64,000 bases of DNA from Eledone cirrhosa (Eukaryota): contig OZ024750.1 in the NCBI GenBank assembly GCA_964016885.1, positions 14,756,001-14,820,000 of the forward strand. Direction: 5' to 3'. This document shows, one piece after another, positions 1-12,833 of this stretch. A model generated the notes under the pieces. That model was not told where the DNA came from and did no database searches. It saw only the letters and a program-made list of their open reading frames with translations. The position numbers were made by a program, and so were the translations under genes. Positions within the stretch are counted from its first letter, which is position 1. Every line of letters begins with the position of its first letter.

Positions 1-1000
1 ATTATATCAACCTCAGTATTTAACTGGTATTTTATTTTACCGACCAAAAAAGGATAAAAGGTAAAGTTGACTTTGGCAGGATTTGAAATCAGAACATAGA
101 ATGTAGTAACTAAATATTGCATAGTATTTTGTCTGACGCTCTACCGATACTACCAATCCACTGCCTTACCACCAACAATAATAACAATAATGTTTTTTTT
201 CTTTCTTTTGAAGGGTGGAGAGAAATTGAAAATTGTAGTATTCATGTCTTTGCTAGGGTATAAGTGACCTAAAGGAAGAGAAACAATTCCTATTGGGAAT
301 TGAAACTAGGTCACATACATAGTTTGTGAAGAACTTACTGCTGCATTGCAATGCCTATGAATAGCAACTCAAATAAGGATTTTTTACTTAGATGTATATA
401 ATTCATTTAATTTTTTTTTTTTTTTTTTTCGAACAGGAAGGGGTATAATCAATTTAATGAGTGGTGCATTACTAAAAATCCTTATTTAGTCTTAGAAAAC
501 AACTACTGCAAACCTGTAAATATAGAAATCTCTAAATATGCTACAGAAGGTTCTTTTTGTAAATAGCAAGCCCATAAGAAGACTTTAAGTCAGTGTTGCG
601 AGTTAAGAAATCACTCATTAAATTCACATTACTTAGTATAGTAAGATGTATCTACATATGGTACCTATTGATAGCCAGATGGACTGAGCTTTTATAATTC
701 TGGCAAAGTCTTAAGTTGCCTTTCTTAGGAAAATGTATCATCAAGGAGTGGCTTCATTCTTTTAGCCACTGCTTTGTTCTCTACACTCTCTGATAGATGG
801 ATATCAGTGTCTTGACAGGTTCTAGCCATTCACAGTTCAGGAACTCTGTCAAAATGTTGTCCATTCTTGGTGATTTTCCTTCTTAATTTGTTGACTGTCA
901 CATAGTTTTACACAGCTACAGTTGCTGTGCCGTTTTTCTTTCTGAAAAATGACTATTTTGATGGACAAACGTCACATCAATAAACAAGTAACTCATCTAG

Positions 1001-1393
1001 CTTTGAAGTTATGAACTGTTGGAAAGGAGTTCATAACTTTGAAGTTATGAACTGTTGGAAAGGAGTTCATAACTTTGAAGTTATGAACTGTTGGAAAGGA
1101 GTTCATAACTTTGAAGTTATGAACTGTTGGAAAGGAGTTCATAACTTTGAAGTTATGAACTGTTGGAAAGGAGTTCATAACTTTGAAGTTATGAACTGTT
1201 GGAAAGGAATTCATAACTTTGAAGTTATGAACTGTTGGAAAGGAGTTCATAACTTTGAAGTTATGAACTGTTGGAAAGGAGTTCATAACTTTGAAGTTAT
1301 GAACTGTTGGAAAGGAGTTCATAACTTTGAAGTTATGAACTGTTGGAAAGGAGTTCATAACTTTGAAGTTATGAACTGTTGGAAAGGAGTTCA
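1001..1393. repeat. 36-bp minisatellite, ~11 near-identical copies (CTTTGAAGTTATGAACTGTTGGAAAGGAGTTCATAA)
   Basis: Direct tandem units with a single variant (GGAAT at ~1209); the 12-aa periodic ORFs on both strands follow from this; no spacers. Confidence 0.97.
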
Positions 1394-1957
1394 AACATGT
1401 TAGAATGAGTTATCTCATTTGTGGCACTGCAATGCATACATGTTAAGACGAGTTATCTCATCTACGGCACTGAAGAGGTTAAATCATGTACACAGCCTCT
1501 TCAAATTACTCCAGGAGTATTACTACATCCCTAAGTTCTCTCTTCTTATTGGTAGCCTTTTTTAAGATGTTGGTGACATTACTGAGTTTATAGTTATAAG
1601 TTCTTTGCAGTACTCAATCCATCTTCAGATAATAGCAAGCTCGTCAGTTAAGAGAGAGCCTCTTTTATTTTCAGGCACAATAGTAATCAGTTGCTTTGCT
1701 TTTGTGAGCATTTTTAGTATCTCAAAAGCAGCCATATTGTTACCCTCTTTTGTCCTAGATTTGATGTTAGCACACTTTTCCTTGTCTTCCTTAATTTCCT
1801 TTCTGATCTTTTTATTCAAAGTTCTATATTATTGGGTTGTTCCCTGATCTTTTAATTTGATCTTCAGGTCTTGTTTTCTATCATATAAGATCTAAGATGT
1901 CATCAGTGAGCCATAGATAGATAAATAGCTAGATAGATAAAGTGAGAGAGAGAGAGA

Positions 1958-2023
<66 letters not shown>

Positions 2024-2639
2024 CGAAATTCCTTAAAAAAAGAAGCACAAAATCAAATAAGCCTTGCATGTTGTATTGACCTGCTAAGAGATAAAGATCC
2101 CTTAAAAGAGAAGTACAAAATAAAAAAAATGAAAAAAATACTTTGAGAGGAAAGAACTGATTTCAATCTCTCAGAACAACTGAAAGTAATTTCAAATGAG
2201 TTTTTAAAAAATACAATAACAACCACAATACAGTTAGGGAATGGTAGCAGGTGGGAAGCTGATGACAAAGTGCAAATAGTAAAAGAAATGATGGTGGAGG
2301 TGGTGTTGGTGGTGGTGGTGGTGGTGGTGGTGGTGGTGCTGCTGTTATATTGATTTTTTTTGCCTGGGCCCTTACATTCATATGGAGGGAGAGAATATGG
2401 GATTCTAAGATATTCATAGCTTTCTCAATAACATTGGCAAGAAAATGAAGAAGAGCATGAAACAAAAATATGAGAAACACACAAGTAAGGATATAGAAAG
2501 GGTAGATGTATGTGAGGGGAGAGAAAGAGAGGGTATAAAGTTAAAGGGATGAAATGAGGCGAGATAGAAGGATGAAATAACAAAGGGGATAGATAAATAG
2601 ATAGTAGTGAGATCTAATAGGGAGACAAACATAGATATA

Positions 2640-3104
2640 TTTCTTTATTTGCCACAAGGGCACACAAGAAAAGGGGGCAAAACAAAGACACATGCCAGGG
2701 ATTTTACATACAGTCGTGTAAAAAATATAAAAACAAACAATTTCAACAATCGAAATCCCCAATAGGGGGGAGGCGCCACAAATGGGTTGTTTAATACCCC
2801 GTCGATAGAACAACCCTCAACTCCAGGAGCGTGTTGTGCAAGTGCTCCCTTCTTCCTTTTGCCCTCTTCCTCAACCTACAGGCTTATAAACAGAGAAGGC
2901 CCAATTACTCGGGCCATTTTCGCTTCATTCACCCATCTTTCAGTAAATTTACTGGGGTGCAGTGCCTCTCTCCACCCTGATTCTCCTTCTAAAGTGATAC
3001 TTAAAGAAGGGAATCAATTGTTGTCCGGAGAGAAAGGCATCTGTCCTCAGTCCTCTCAACCTCGTCAACCATATAACTTCTTTCACCATAGCCACCGTAC
3101 AGAG

Positions 3105-3108
<4 letters not shown>
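2640..3108 (-). mobile_element. 5'-truncated Tx1/L1-like LINE 3' end beside a (GATA)n tract
   Basis: Minus strand reads FLCTVAMVKEVIWLTRLRGLRTDAFLSGQQLIPFFKYHFRRRIRVER, then after a frameshift ALHPSKFTERWVNEAK...*, resembling Tx1 ORF2 C-termini; 3' UTR ends near AAATAAAGAAAT; abuts (GATA)n at 3109-3260. Confidence 0.6.
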
Positions 3109-3169
<61 letters not shown>

Positions 3170-3170
3170 T

Positions 3171-3251
<81 letters not shown>

Positions 3252-3320
3252 TGATAGATAGATATAGTAGTGAGATCTAATGATCTAATAGAGAGACAAC
3301 ATATAGACATCTAGATAGAT

Positions 3321-3379
<59 letters not shown>

Positions 3380-4863
3380 GAGAGAGAGAGAGAGAGTCAG
3401 ACCTAATAGAGAAATAAACATATAGATATCTAGATAGATAAATAGGGGATAAGGTAAATTATAAAGGAGAAAGAATTGATTAGAGAACACACAAGAAAGA
3501 GGTTAAAAAGGGAGGGATTTTAGAAAAGAAGGGTAGGAATAAATAGGATATAGAAATGTGTGGGGTAAGAGAAAAAGGGTAAAAGAGTAGGGAGAAGGAT
3601 ATAGTAACAATATAAGAAAGAATGTATTGAGAAAAATTGAGGGTGGGAGAGATTATAGTGAGAAATTTAAAAGAGAAAATGATAGACAATTACCTATTAT
3701 TTTCTCTTTTAAATAGGTGTATTAAGGAAGGACAGGTAAAATATTAGAGAGAGAGGGATGAAAATAAGTGTAGCAATCAGAGAGGAGGCGAGAGAGGGAG
3801 AGCGAGTGTGAGAGAGTAGGAGAGGAAGGTAGAGAGAGAGAGAAAAAGAGAGTGAGAGAGAAAAAGAAAAAAAGAAAGAACAAAAGAAAGAAAGTGAGAG
3901 AAAGAAAGGAGAGGTGAGAGAGAAATAAAGAGAGAGGTAAAAAGAAGAAAAAAGAAAGAATGAAAGAAAGAAAGTGAGAGAGAGAAAGAAAAGGAGGGGT
4001 GAGAAGAAAAAAAGAGAGAAAGAGAGAGGGGAGAGGTAGATAGAGTGATATTGACAGAGAGAGAGATAAAAACTGGAGAATAAGAGGAACCTATTTTAAT
4101 GAAGCAATTAAGTAACTTGAATAGGTGAGAGGCATAGAGAGGGGTGCAGAGATAGAAAAATAGGGAAGAGATTAAAAAAAAAAATCTAAGGAGAAAAAGG
4201 TAAAGAAATGAGATAAAATTTGAGGGTATTGAGGAGAGAGAGAGGAAATCTTTTTGTGAGACAGAGAAATTTATTTGATCAAGAGAAAAGGTGGGAGTTA
4301 GACTGAGAGGACAGCAAAGGGTCAGATGACATAATTTTCCCATTCTGGAATGTAAAATACAATGACACTTTCTTTAGTGAGAGAGCCAGAGTTTATTGTT
4401 CAACAAACTGAAGATCACAAGCTGTTGAAGTACTGGCCCTTTTCTGGCAAGATTATCATTGAACCTTTCATGGTGGAAACTTCTGGTATCCTAGTATCCT
4501 GGCCCTCTGAATCATCTTCCTACTCATGGCTAGCAAGACAGAGTTTACCATCCACAGGAATGAGCCATGTGAGTTGGAATAGCTATTTTAGCACATCTTT
4601 CTTGCTACCCTCCAGGGGTAATACCTTTTCAATTCTGTTCACTAGGACAAGACAATGAGGCAACATCCACCTGTGGTTCTACATGTGAGATAACACGAGT
4701 TTCAACACTGTATCTCTCATTGTCATGGTTATTCTTTAGTGCTGATTAGAGAGAAGTCATCCATAATGGTAGGTATTGTGTATGTGCTTATAGCAATGGG
4801 TTGTCTGATACATATATCAATGAAAATAGCCTTCTGCATTCAATGAGTTTTATTACAATCGAT

Positions 4864-5033
4864 GTGAAGGCGCATAGCTTAATGGTTAGAGCATTGGGCT
4901 TGCAATCGAAAGGTTGTGAGTTCAATGCACGGACTGGGTGATGTGTTGTTTCCTTGAGCAAGACACTTTATTTCACGTTGCTCCAGTTTACTCAGCTGTA
5001 GAAATGAGATGATAGGACTGGGGTCCCTATCAT
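4864..5033 (+). mobile_element. tRNA-derived SINE, family 2 (5' part)
   Basis: A-box-like TAGCTTAATGG and B-box-like GAGTTCAATGC, then TCCTTGAGCAAGACACTTTATTTCAC...CTCCAGTTTACTCAGCTGT core; same sequence recurs at 18655-18995, 21765-22095, 41750-42095. Confidence 0.85.
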
Positions 5034-5119
5034 TAAATTACCCAAGACACCACCAACGAGATATACCTTGGAGGAGGCCAGCTAAACATGCATAGATGTG
5101 AGCTGTCACACACATTACA

Positions 5120-6060
5120 ATCGACAGGACAGAACTTGATTGTCAAAATAATCGCAGACTTACGAGCATTTAAGATGACATCAACTTCAAAATCCTTATC
5201 TCCGTGAGCATTTTAGCGAAATTATTAGCTCCAAGGAGTAATAAGATGATGTAAGAATAATCATTTTGTATGTCGAATTGGATAAAGTGTCAGTGTTCCT
5301 TGTTATGTATGCCCCTATATCAATCAAGCACCGTGAAAGATTTATTCTACAAGCCATATCTTTAATTCTAGGTATGACTATCTAAAATTCTTTTACACAG
5401 CCTACCTAACTCAGATTTATTGAAGTTAAAGCGACAAATAAATTAACGAAATTTGGTTTATGATCCTTCAGAGTAAAATGAGGAGTAACAGGGTATAAGG
5501 GTTCAGTTCGGTTCTGGATATTTAGTTCCGAAGTGTTTTTTAAACCAGTATTGTTGATGTTGATAATTACTCTCCGATCAGTTTTCTGGTAATCTTTGGT
5601 CACAGCATTATGTAGCAGTTAGTTGTAGATACTTCTTTCAGCTTGGTATAGATTACTGGTTTTATCAGAGTAAACATGCACAGCATTAGAATCCTTTATC
5701 CGTTCAATTCGTTTCTTCAAATCCCATTAGAAGGAATCGCCTTTCTTTCGAAATTTGATACTCTATTTGAATTCAAGTACATCATTTTTGATGTAGGTTA
5801 TTTTAAGTTTTAAATCCAAACTTTTTCTGGCGTTTATCAGCTTTATCCTGGTGGTCGAAATACTAGAATCGTTTTTTATTTGTTAATATTTTAAGTATAT
5901 CTTCCTATTTGGTATTCAAATATTTTTTGTAGAAATATTTAGCTGCTCTTTTCTGCAAAGTGATTTAAAGCCTGAAGCGTGCTCCACCAAAGGAGCCAAA
6001 TAGTAGTAATGATATTTGATACAAAGAACAAACTCCAGAGGGGACTCAATAAGGCTTGTA
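5120..6060 (-). pseudogene. Decayed Penelope-like element (PLE) reverse transcriptase, N-terminal half
   Basis: Minus-strand fragments in order: ISTKNI*IP (cf. YSTKNIPIP), HVYSDKTSNLY (cf. ADKTxNxY), FTLKDHKPNF (cf. ITLKDHKxNF), FIQFDIQNDYSYI (cf. RT motif FDIxxFYPSI); multiple stops and frameshifts. Motif comparison is from memory of PLE proteins. Confidence 0.75.
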
Positions 6061-6208
6061 TATATATATAAGTATATATATATAAGTATATATAAGTATA
6101 TATAAGTATATATAAACTGTAGGTTCACCAGAGTGAGCACTCAATGAGTAGTTTCCAGTAGGTATAAAGGTGTTGTACTAAGCAGAGTGTAATAATAATA
6201 ATAATAAT

Positions 6209-6366
6209 AAAAAGGACAAAGAGTTAGATCTTCATTACATTTATTTAGGTGACGTATGTTTCACAATTGATCTGCTCAAGGCTCGATCTGTATCGATCTG
6301 GCTCGACTCTGGAAACACATGTCACACCTCAATAAATGGAATGAAGATCTAACACCTCGTCCTTTT
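6209..6366. mobile_element. Foldback/MITE-like element in a (TAA)n tract
   Basis: Arms AAAAGGAC..GTTAGATCTTCATT.CATTTATT.AGGTGAC.T.TGTTTC and GAAACACATGTCAC..CCTCAATAAATGGAATGAAGATCTAAC..GTCCTTTT are imperfect reverse complements; flanked by (AAT)n and (TTA)n. Confidence 0.7.
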
Positions 6367-6377
6367 ATTATTATTAT

Positions 6378-6550
6378 GGCAGTATCGGTGGAGGGTCGGA
6401 CGCCATGCTTTCCAGCATAGTTACGTCCCTTTACGATCTGAGTTCAAATCCCGCCGAGGTTGACTTTGCCTTTCATCCTTACGGGGTCGATAAAATAAAG
6501 TACCAGTAATGCACTGGGTAATTGCTGGCCTTGTGCCTAAAGTAGAAACA

Positions 6551-6585
<35 letters not shown>
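6378..6585 (+). mobile_element. tRNA-derived SINE, family 1 (Meta-domain-like core, (ATT)n tail)
   Basis: B-box GAGTTCAAATCC then GACTTTGCCTTTCATCCTTACGGGGTCGATAAAATAAAGTACCAG; at least 15 copies in the window (e.g. 8806-8982, 15672-16171 x3, 19703-20048 x2, 21259-21474, 26897-27085, 28698-28881, 41020-41448 x2, 49016-49113, 58795-58987, 62137-62320, 63273-63408), several with 12-19 bp target-site duplications. Confidence 0.9.
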
Positions 6586-6635
<50 letters not shown>

Positions 6636-6671
6636 ATATATATATATACATATATACATGTATATATATAT

Positions 6672-6705
<34 letters not shown>

Positions 6706-7049
6706 GAGTGTGTGTGTGTATATATATATATATAGAACATCGTATACAAAATCACTGATGGGTAGATCTCAGTAAAGTAATCTAAAATAAGAACACTTCA
6801 TAAACATTTTTCCCTAGGGATAGAGTCTTAGTTAAGTAACCTAAAGCTTGGAGGCTTTATTAAGTTCTCTTACTGCAGTTCCCAAGACTAAGAAACAGTA
6901 GTGATCATCCCAATAGATTGAGATAGTCCATCCTGCCAGAAAATCTTTTTGTTAGAGGGATCCCTTAAGGTATAAGAAAAACATGTTATCATGGCACCAG
7001 CATTACCACCTTATATTAGGGACTACCACTACAGTATGGATTGGTTACA

Positions 7050-7540
7050 TTTTATCGTGACACCAGCACTACCACTTTACAGTGTAGGCTAAGTATATTT
7101 TATTGTGACACCAGCACTACCACTTTACAGTGTAGGCTAAGTATATTTTATTGTGACACCAGCACTACCACTTTACAGTGTAGGCTAAGTATATTTTATT
7201 GTGACACCAGTACTACCACTTTACAGTATAGGCTAAGTATATTTTAATGTGACACCAGTACTACCACTTTACAGTATAGGCTAAGTATATTTTATTGTGA
7301 CACCAGTACTACCACTTTACAGTGTAGGCTAAGTATATTTTATTGTGACACCAGTACTACCACTTTACAGTGTAGGCTAAGTATATTTTAATGTGACACC
7401 AGCACTACCACTTTACAGTATAGGCTAAGTATATTTTAATGTGACACCAGCACTACTACTTTACAGTATAGGCTAAGTATATTTTAATGTGACACCAGTA
7501 CTACCACAGTAAAGTGGTAGTACTGGTGTCACAATAAAAT
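7050..7540. repeat. 48-bp minisatellite (~9.5 copies) ending in a short inversion
   Basis: Unit GTGACACCAGCACTACCACTTTACAGTGTAGGCTAAGTATATTTTATT; 7510-7540 is the reverse complement of part of the unit. Confidence 0.95.
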
Positions 7541-7799
7541 TATAAGCAAAGTACATTTATTGTAGCACCAACAAAAAAAAATCATTATTTGTTTCTTATA
7601 TCAATATATTATATACTATCCATATATAGTATGAAATAAGTCATCTTTAGAAAACAACTGAAATTATTATCCAATTATGACTCACACAAATAACAGACAG
7701 TTAGGAACCAATCCAGCCAAGTTTTCTAATGGTAGCAAATGATATTGAAATTTTAAGTAGTAAATATAAGAATACAGACTAATGTCATAGACCTTTTCT

Positions 7800-8148
7800 G
7801 TAGTACTACTGACTCTATGTACTATAGTACCACTAACTCTATGTACTATGGTACCACTGACTCTATGTACTATAGTACCACTGACTCTATGTACTATAGT
7901 ACCACTGACTCTATGTACTATAGTACCACTGACTCTATGTACTATAGTACCACTGACTATGTACTATGGTACCACTGACTCTATGTACTATGGTACCACT
8001 GACTATGTTCTATAGTACCACTGACTATGTTCTGTAGTACCACTGATTCTATGTTCTATGGTACCACTGACTCTATGTTCTATAGTACCACTAACTCTAT
8101 GTTCTATAGTACCACTAACTCTATGTTCTATAGTACCACTGACTCTAC
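7800..8148. repeat. 24-bp minisatellite (~14 copies)
   Basis: Unit TACTATAGTACCACTGACTCTATG with T/A and 2-bp deletion variants. Confidence 0.95.
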
Positions 8149-9305
8149 TGCAGAGATCTGTGCAGATGAGTTTTAATAAAACAAAGAAACCATTATTTAT
8201 CATAAATCCATACTGTCATAAAACAGACAATTACAGAATTCTTTACAGAAGGAAACCTAAAATTCATAAATATCTTATGTAAATAATGAAAACTATGTTT
8301 CTCATAATGTAATGTTTGTTGTTTTTGTTATTGTCGTTGTTAATAACACAGTTCTTCTTCTTCTTCTTCTTCTTCTTCTTCTTCTTCTTCTTCTTCTTCT
8401 TCTTCTTCTTCTTCTTCTTCTTCTTCTTCTATGACAACATGTATCACAACATCTATCACATCTATGACAACATGTATCACAACATGTATTCCAACATGTT
8501 GAGCAACATGCTGCATATATCAGTTAATGGTGTAGAGATATTTGTTTAGTGTTAGTACTAATTCTAACATTACTAATTTGAATATTTTTCAGCAGAATTT
8601 TACAAAGAATGAGGTTAACTAATGAATAAAACCGATAAGAACACATTGTAGTGCTTCTGTTAATGAATATTTATATATAGTATGAATCAGCTAAGCATGA
8701 GGCTAAATACTTTAACCCTTTCATTACGGTATTTCTAATGAAATACACTGTATATGAATAAATTAAAGAATTTGGAAGACTATACTCAAATTATTTCATT
8801 ATGATGGGCAGTTGGTAGAGGGTCGGATGCCATGCTTTCCAGCATAGTTACGTCCCTTAACGATCTGAGTTCAAATCCCGCTGAGGTTGACTTTGCCTTT
8901 CATCCTTACGGGGTCGATAAAATAAAGTACCAGTAATGCACTGGGTAATTGCTGGCCTTGTGCCAAAAAGTAGAAACAATTATGATGGGCAGTTGATTGA
9001 CAGTATTGCTGGAGACCATGCTTCGTAACATAGAGTTACGGCCCTTTATGCTCTGAGTTCAGGGTCAATAAAATAAAGTACCGGTAATGCACTGGTGGTG
9101 ATGATGATAATGATGATGAATTCAACAGTATTTGACTGCTGATGGTGATAATGATGACAAATTCAATAGTATGGTGATGATGATGCTGGTGATGATCATG
9201 GTGGTGGTGGGGATGATGGTGGTGAGGATGATGATGAATTCAACAGTATGGTGATGGTGATGATGGTGGTGATGATGATGATGATGATGATGGTGGTGAT
9301 GATGA

Positions 9306-9339
<34 letters not shown>

Positions 9340-12335
9340 GGTGGTGGTGGTGGTGGTGGTGGTGGTGGTGGTGGTGGTGGTGGTGGTGGTGGAGATGATG
9401 GGGATAATAGTGGTAATGGTGGCGGTGGCGGTGGTGAGGATGATGGTGATGATGATGGTGATGATGATGATGAATTCAACAATATTTGCCTGCTGCAGAG
9501 TCAAATTAAGGTTGGGGTATAGAATGTGTAATACTTGGTTTGTCATAATCTGTGTATTTATCATGCTTGAAGAATATTGATCTCGAGAAAGACTACTAAT
9601 GGAACTATAAAATAAAGATGGCTTCTCACTGAAAATATTACTGTAACAAAAACCAAACAAAAATACCAGTAAAATCCCTTTCAATGTGTTATTACTGTTA
9701 CTACAGCCATAGATAGTAGTTGACAGAAGGAACATGAAATGTCTTTTCATTATAAATTACATATTGCGTCAATGTCAAATGATAATTTTCCAAGCTCATG
9801 ATTTTATCTTTAGAATGTATATTTATATTTATGTTATATTTTGATGAGTTCCGTTGCCAATCATTCTCAACTGTCTTACTCCTAAATATGTATATTCATC
9901 TTCAGATAGATTTAGATATTAAAACTCATATTTCTAAATGAAGAGTCATCATCATTGTTTAACATCCATTTTTTCCGTGCTAGCATGCGTTAGAAGAGTT
10001 GCCCGTTGTGAGACAAGTGAGATCAGAAGACTGCAGAAAATGGCTAGAGAAACCCTCTATGACAACCATCCCGCCTCACAGTCCTCAAGCGGGCTGCTGT
10101 CTTTCTGATTTTATGGAGGAAATCAGTAGTGTGGGGAGCAAGGACACCAGAGGTCTCAACGGAGACTCGTACAAAGAGGAATGGTTGGACAAGCCCCCGT
10201 ATTTGACTATGTTACTTTCTTCCCTATTGTGGGCAGTGGAGCCCAGGTTTTAGTTGTGTTGCTTAGTGTTCAATACTTTAGAGGGGTGGACAAATAGAGA
10301 TCAATAATCTAAGTACCAGAAATAGATTCTGAGGTCAATATGATTGACTAAACCATCAAAGGTGGTCCTCCAGTGACTGAAGCCAGTAAAAGAATAAAAG
10401 TATAAAGATAAGGCTAGTTGTCCGGAATATTATAATCTGAATAACAATATCTCATTGGAGAACGTCTGACATTTACTGCATAACTGTTTAAAACATAAAC
10501 CATTAACAAATGAAGTGATATAAAATGTAAAGTATATATAACTTATTAATACTTATGTCTTTAACTAATAATTATGGTCTGGTAGTAGATATATCTATAA
10601 GTATAGATAGTTTATATAATTTAGGTTTCGTTGTTCAGGGCTGCATGTTGAGGGAATTGACCTGCACTATGGTAGCAGGAGAACTGGTGCAGACCAAACT
10701 CATCAACAATGGCCCCACAACAACGGAGCCAACTAACCTTGACATGGTAATGGTAAACGCCCAGACAGGATAACTCACTTCCGTTTCAAAGGAGGTAAAT
10801 CTCTAATCCGTGATGCCACATGCTGCTACTAGTTCTCTTCGTCCAGCCTTGTTGATTCTGCTGCAAACCCGGGCACTGTTGCTCACAAGAGAGGAAAATA
10901 GCCAAATACCAGAGCTTGACCAACCACTTACTTTTTGTGTTGGTTACTGTTAAGTCCTCTGATGTCCTTTAGTGCCAAAACTGCTGTTTTCCTCTGCAAA
11001 ATCAGAAAGACAGCAGCTTCATTGAAGAAGGAACCCCTTGAGGTAGGGAAACTGCTGAAGCAGGTGATATTGGCCATCCTCCACAATATTGCCTTCACCA
11101 TTTTGTCCGCAGAGCACAGCTGAAATAGATTGGGTTGTAGAGTCTGTTGCTCCCTCCCTCTTTCCCTTTCTTTCATTGGTTAATTTCTTTCTTCATTTTC
11201 ATTTCCTTATTGGTATATTGTACAGTTTATATGAATAAAATTATTTAGGTTTTTGAGGGAAACAATAAGAAATCCTATTTAAACCTACTGTTGAAAAGTT
11301 CACATTAATTCTCCTGGGAACAAATAAATTAATATGTTCTCTATTCAGAAACTGAACACTACCTTTGTCTCCCATGTCTTTCTTCTAGTTGTTTTAACCT
11401 CTTTTATCACCAGAAACTAATTTTTCTCAATTACTACTAATCACCTCATTTCACTGCTTTAGATGATGACAACAAAATGATAATTTTAACTCTTTTCATA
11501 TTAAACAATAAAAAGCTAACTGCTACAAAATAAAACAAAAATAATGGTTTCTAATTTTGCTTTTAAGCCAAAAGATCTGGGTTGAAGAAAAAGTTGAATA
11601 TATTAACTGCAGTACTTCACTTGTACTTTATTTTATTGACCTTGCTAAGATAAAAAGTAAAGTTGGCCCCAGCAGGATTTGAACTAAGGAAGTAAAAATC
11701 CTGCTCTTTCATCTTAACAACTTACTACCTTTTCATCTCAAAACATTACCTGCCCCCCCCCCCCCCCCCCCCCCAGAAGAATAAATGTAATAAACATTAG
11801 ATCCTTTCTTTCCTTACAAGAAATCATCTCACTGAATGCTTCTCCAGACTCACCTAGGAGTTTTCTCAGATTATAGATTTTACAGTATTACTCATTGTTA
11901 TGGTTTTGACAGTTGTTGTACTGCTGTAACCAATCTCAACGTTTATTATCTTTTAACATCCTGTATCACATGAAACTGCATCAGCTAACTTTTCTTAAAA
12001 CATCTCTACAAAACAATGCCACAACTACATCACAGTAAATATTGAACTCTATACTCTAATACTGCAAATTTTCGCAAAGATCTGTCCGTGAGTAATGATA
12101 TTATAAACATTTGAATTAACAAAACTGTTTTTAGATATCTTCTCCTAAATCAATCATTAGAGGATGTTAAGGGTTAAACTATTTGTAGTACTAAATACTG
12201 GTTAGGGAAGTGTATTTTTAAAATTATGACTAAAACATTTCTAACAAGGTTTTTATCTTAGTTTTGCAGGATTCTTGATTTGAAATCATATCTTGAAACT
12301 GATATTGTTATTCTTTGAGAGGGTCAGAAAACACC

Positions 12336-12568
12336 AGACCTGCCAACCCTCTAAAAACTCAAACTGAGGTACCATGAAAAAAGGGGCCCCGATACGGGGA
12401 GAAATGAGGCAAAAATGGGGAGATTTTTCATAATAATAATAATAATAATGAAATTATTGTGTACAGTGCTCAGGTGCACTACAACTCATCAAAGGTGCAT
12501 GTATAGTACATAGAATAATGTACAAATGTCAGGAAAATGAACAGTGTATGAGTCATGATATAATAATA

Positions 12569-12601
<33 letters not shown>

Positions 12602-12833
12602 AATATTGTGTACAGTGCCCAGGTGCACCACAACTCATCAAAAAAGTGCATGTACAGTACATAGGGCAATGCACAAACATCAGTAAAATGAACAGTGCAC
12701 GAGTCATGATACACACATGTGTGCATGTGTATGAAAGCTATACCCATTTTCACAAAAGAAGACATCTCTCACCCCCCTCAAAAATGGGTGGGAGATCTCA
12801 CCATTGGCCGGGGGGGGGGGGGTTACAGGTCTG
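12336..12833. mobile_element. Non-autonomous DNA element (TIR CAGACCTG...CAGGTCTG) carrying two nested CR1-type 3' tails
   Basis: CAGACCTGCCAACCC at ~12336 and GGGTTACAGGTCTG at ~12833; inside, two copies of (AAT)n-GAAAT(T)ATTGTGTACAGTGC.CAGGTGCAC.ACAACTCATCAAA at 12430-12555 and 12570-12712. Confidence 0.55.

Noticed and set aside
1001-1393. CRISPR array (36-bp palindromic repeat)
   Set aside because: Units are directly adjacent with no unique spacers, there are no cas genes, and the context is eukaryotic.
4864-4935. tRNA gene
   Set aside because: A and B boxes are present but there is no acceptor stem, and the sequence continues into the SINE body found in many copies.
10630-11170. GC-richer unique segment with short ORFs
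   Set aside because: No recognisable motif; may be a decayed retroelement ORF1 but is not assignable.
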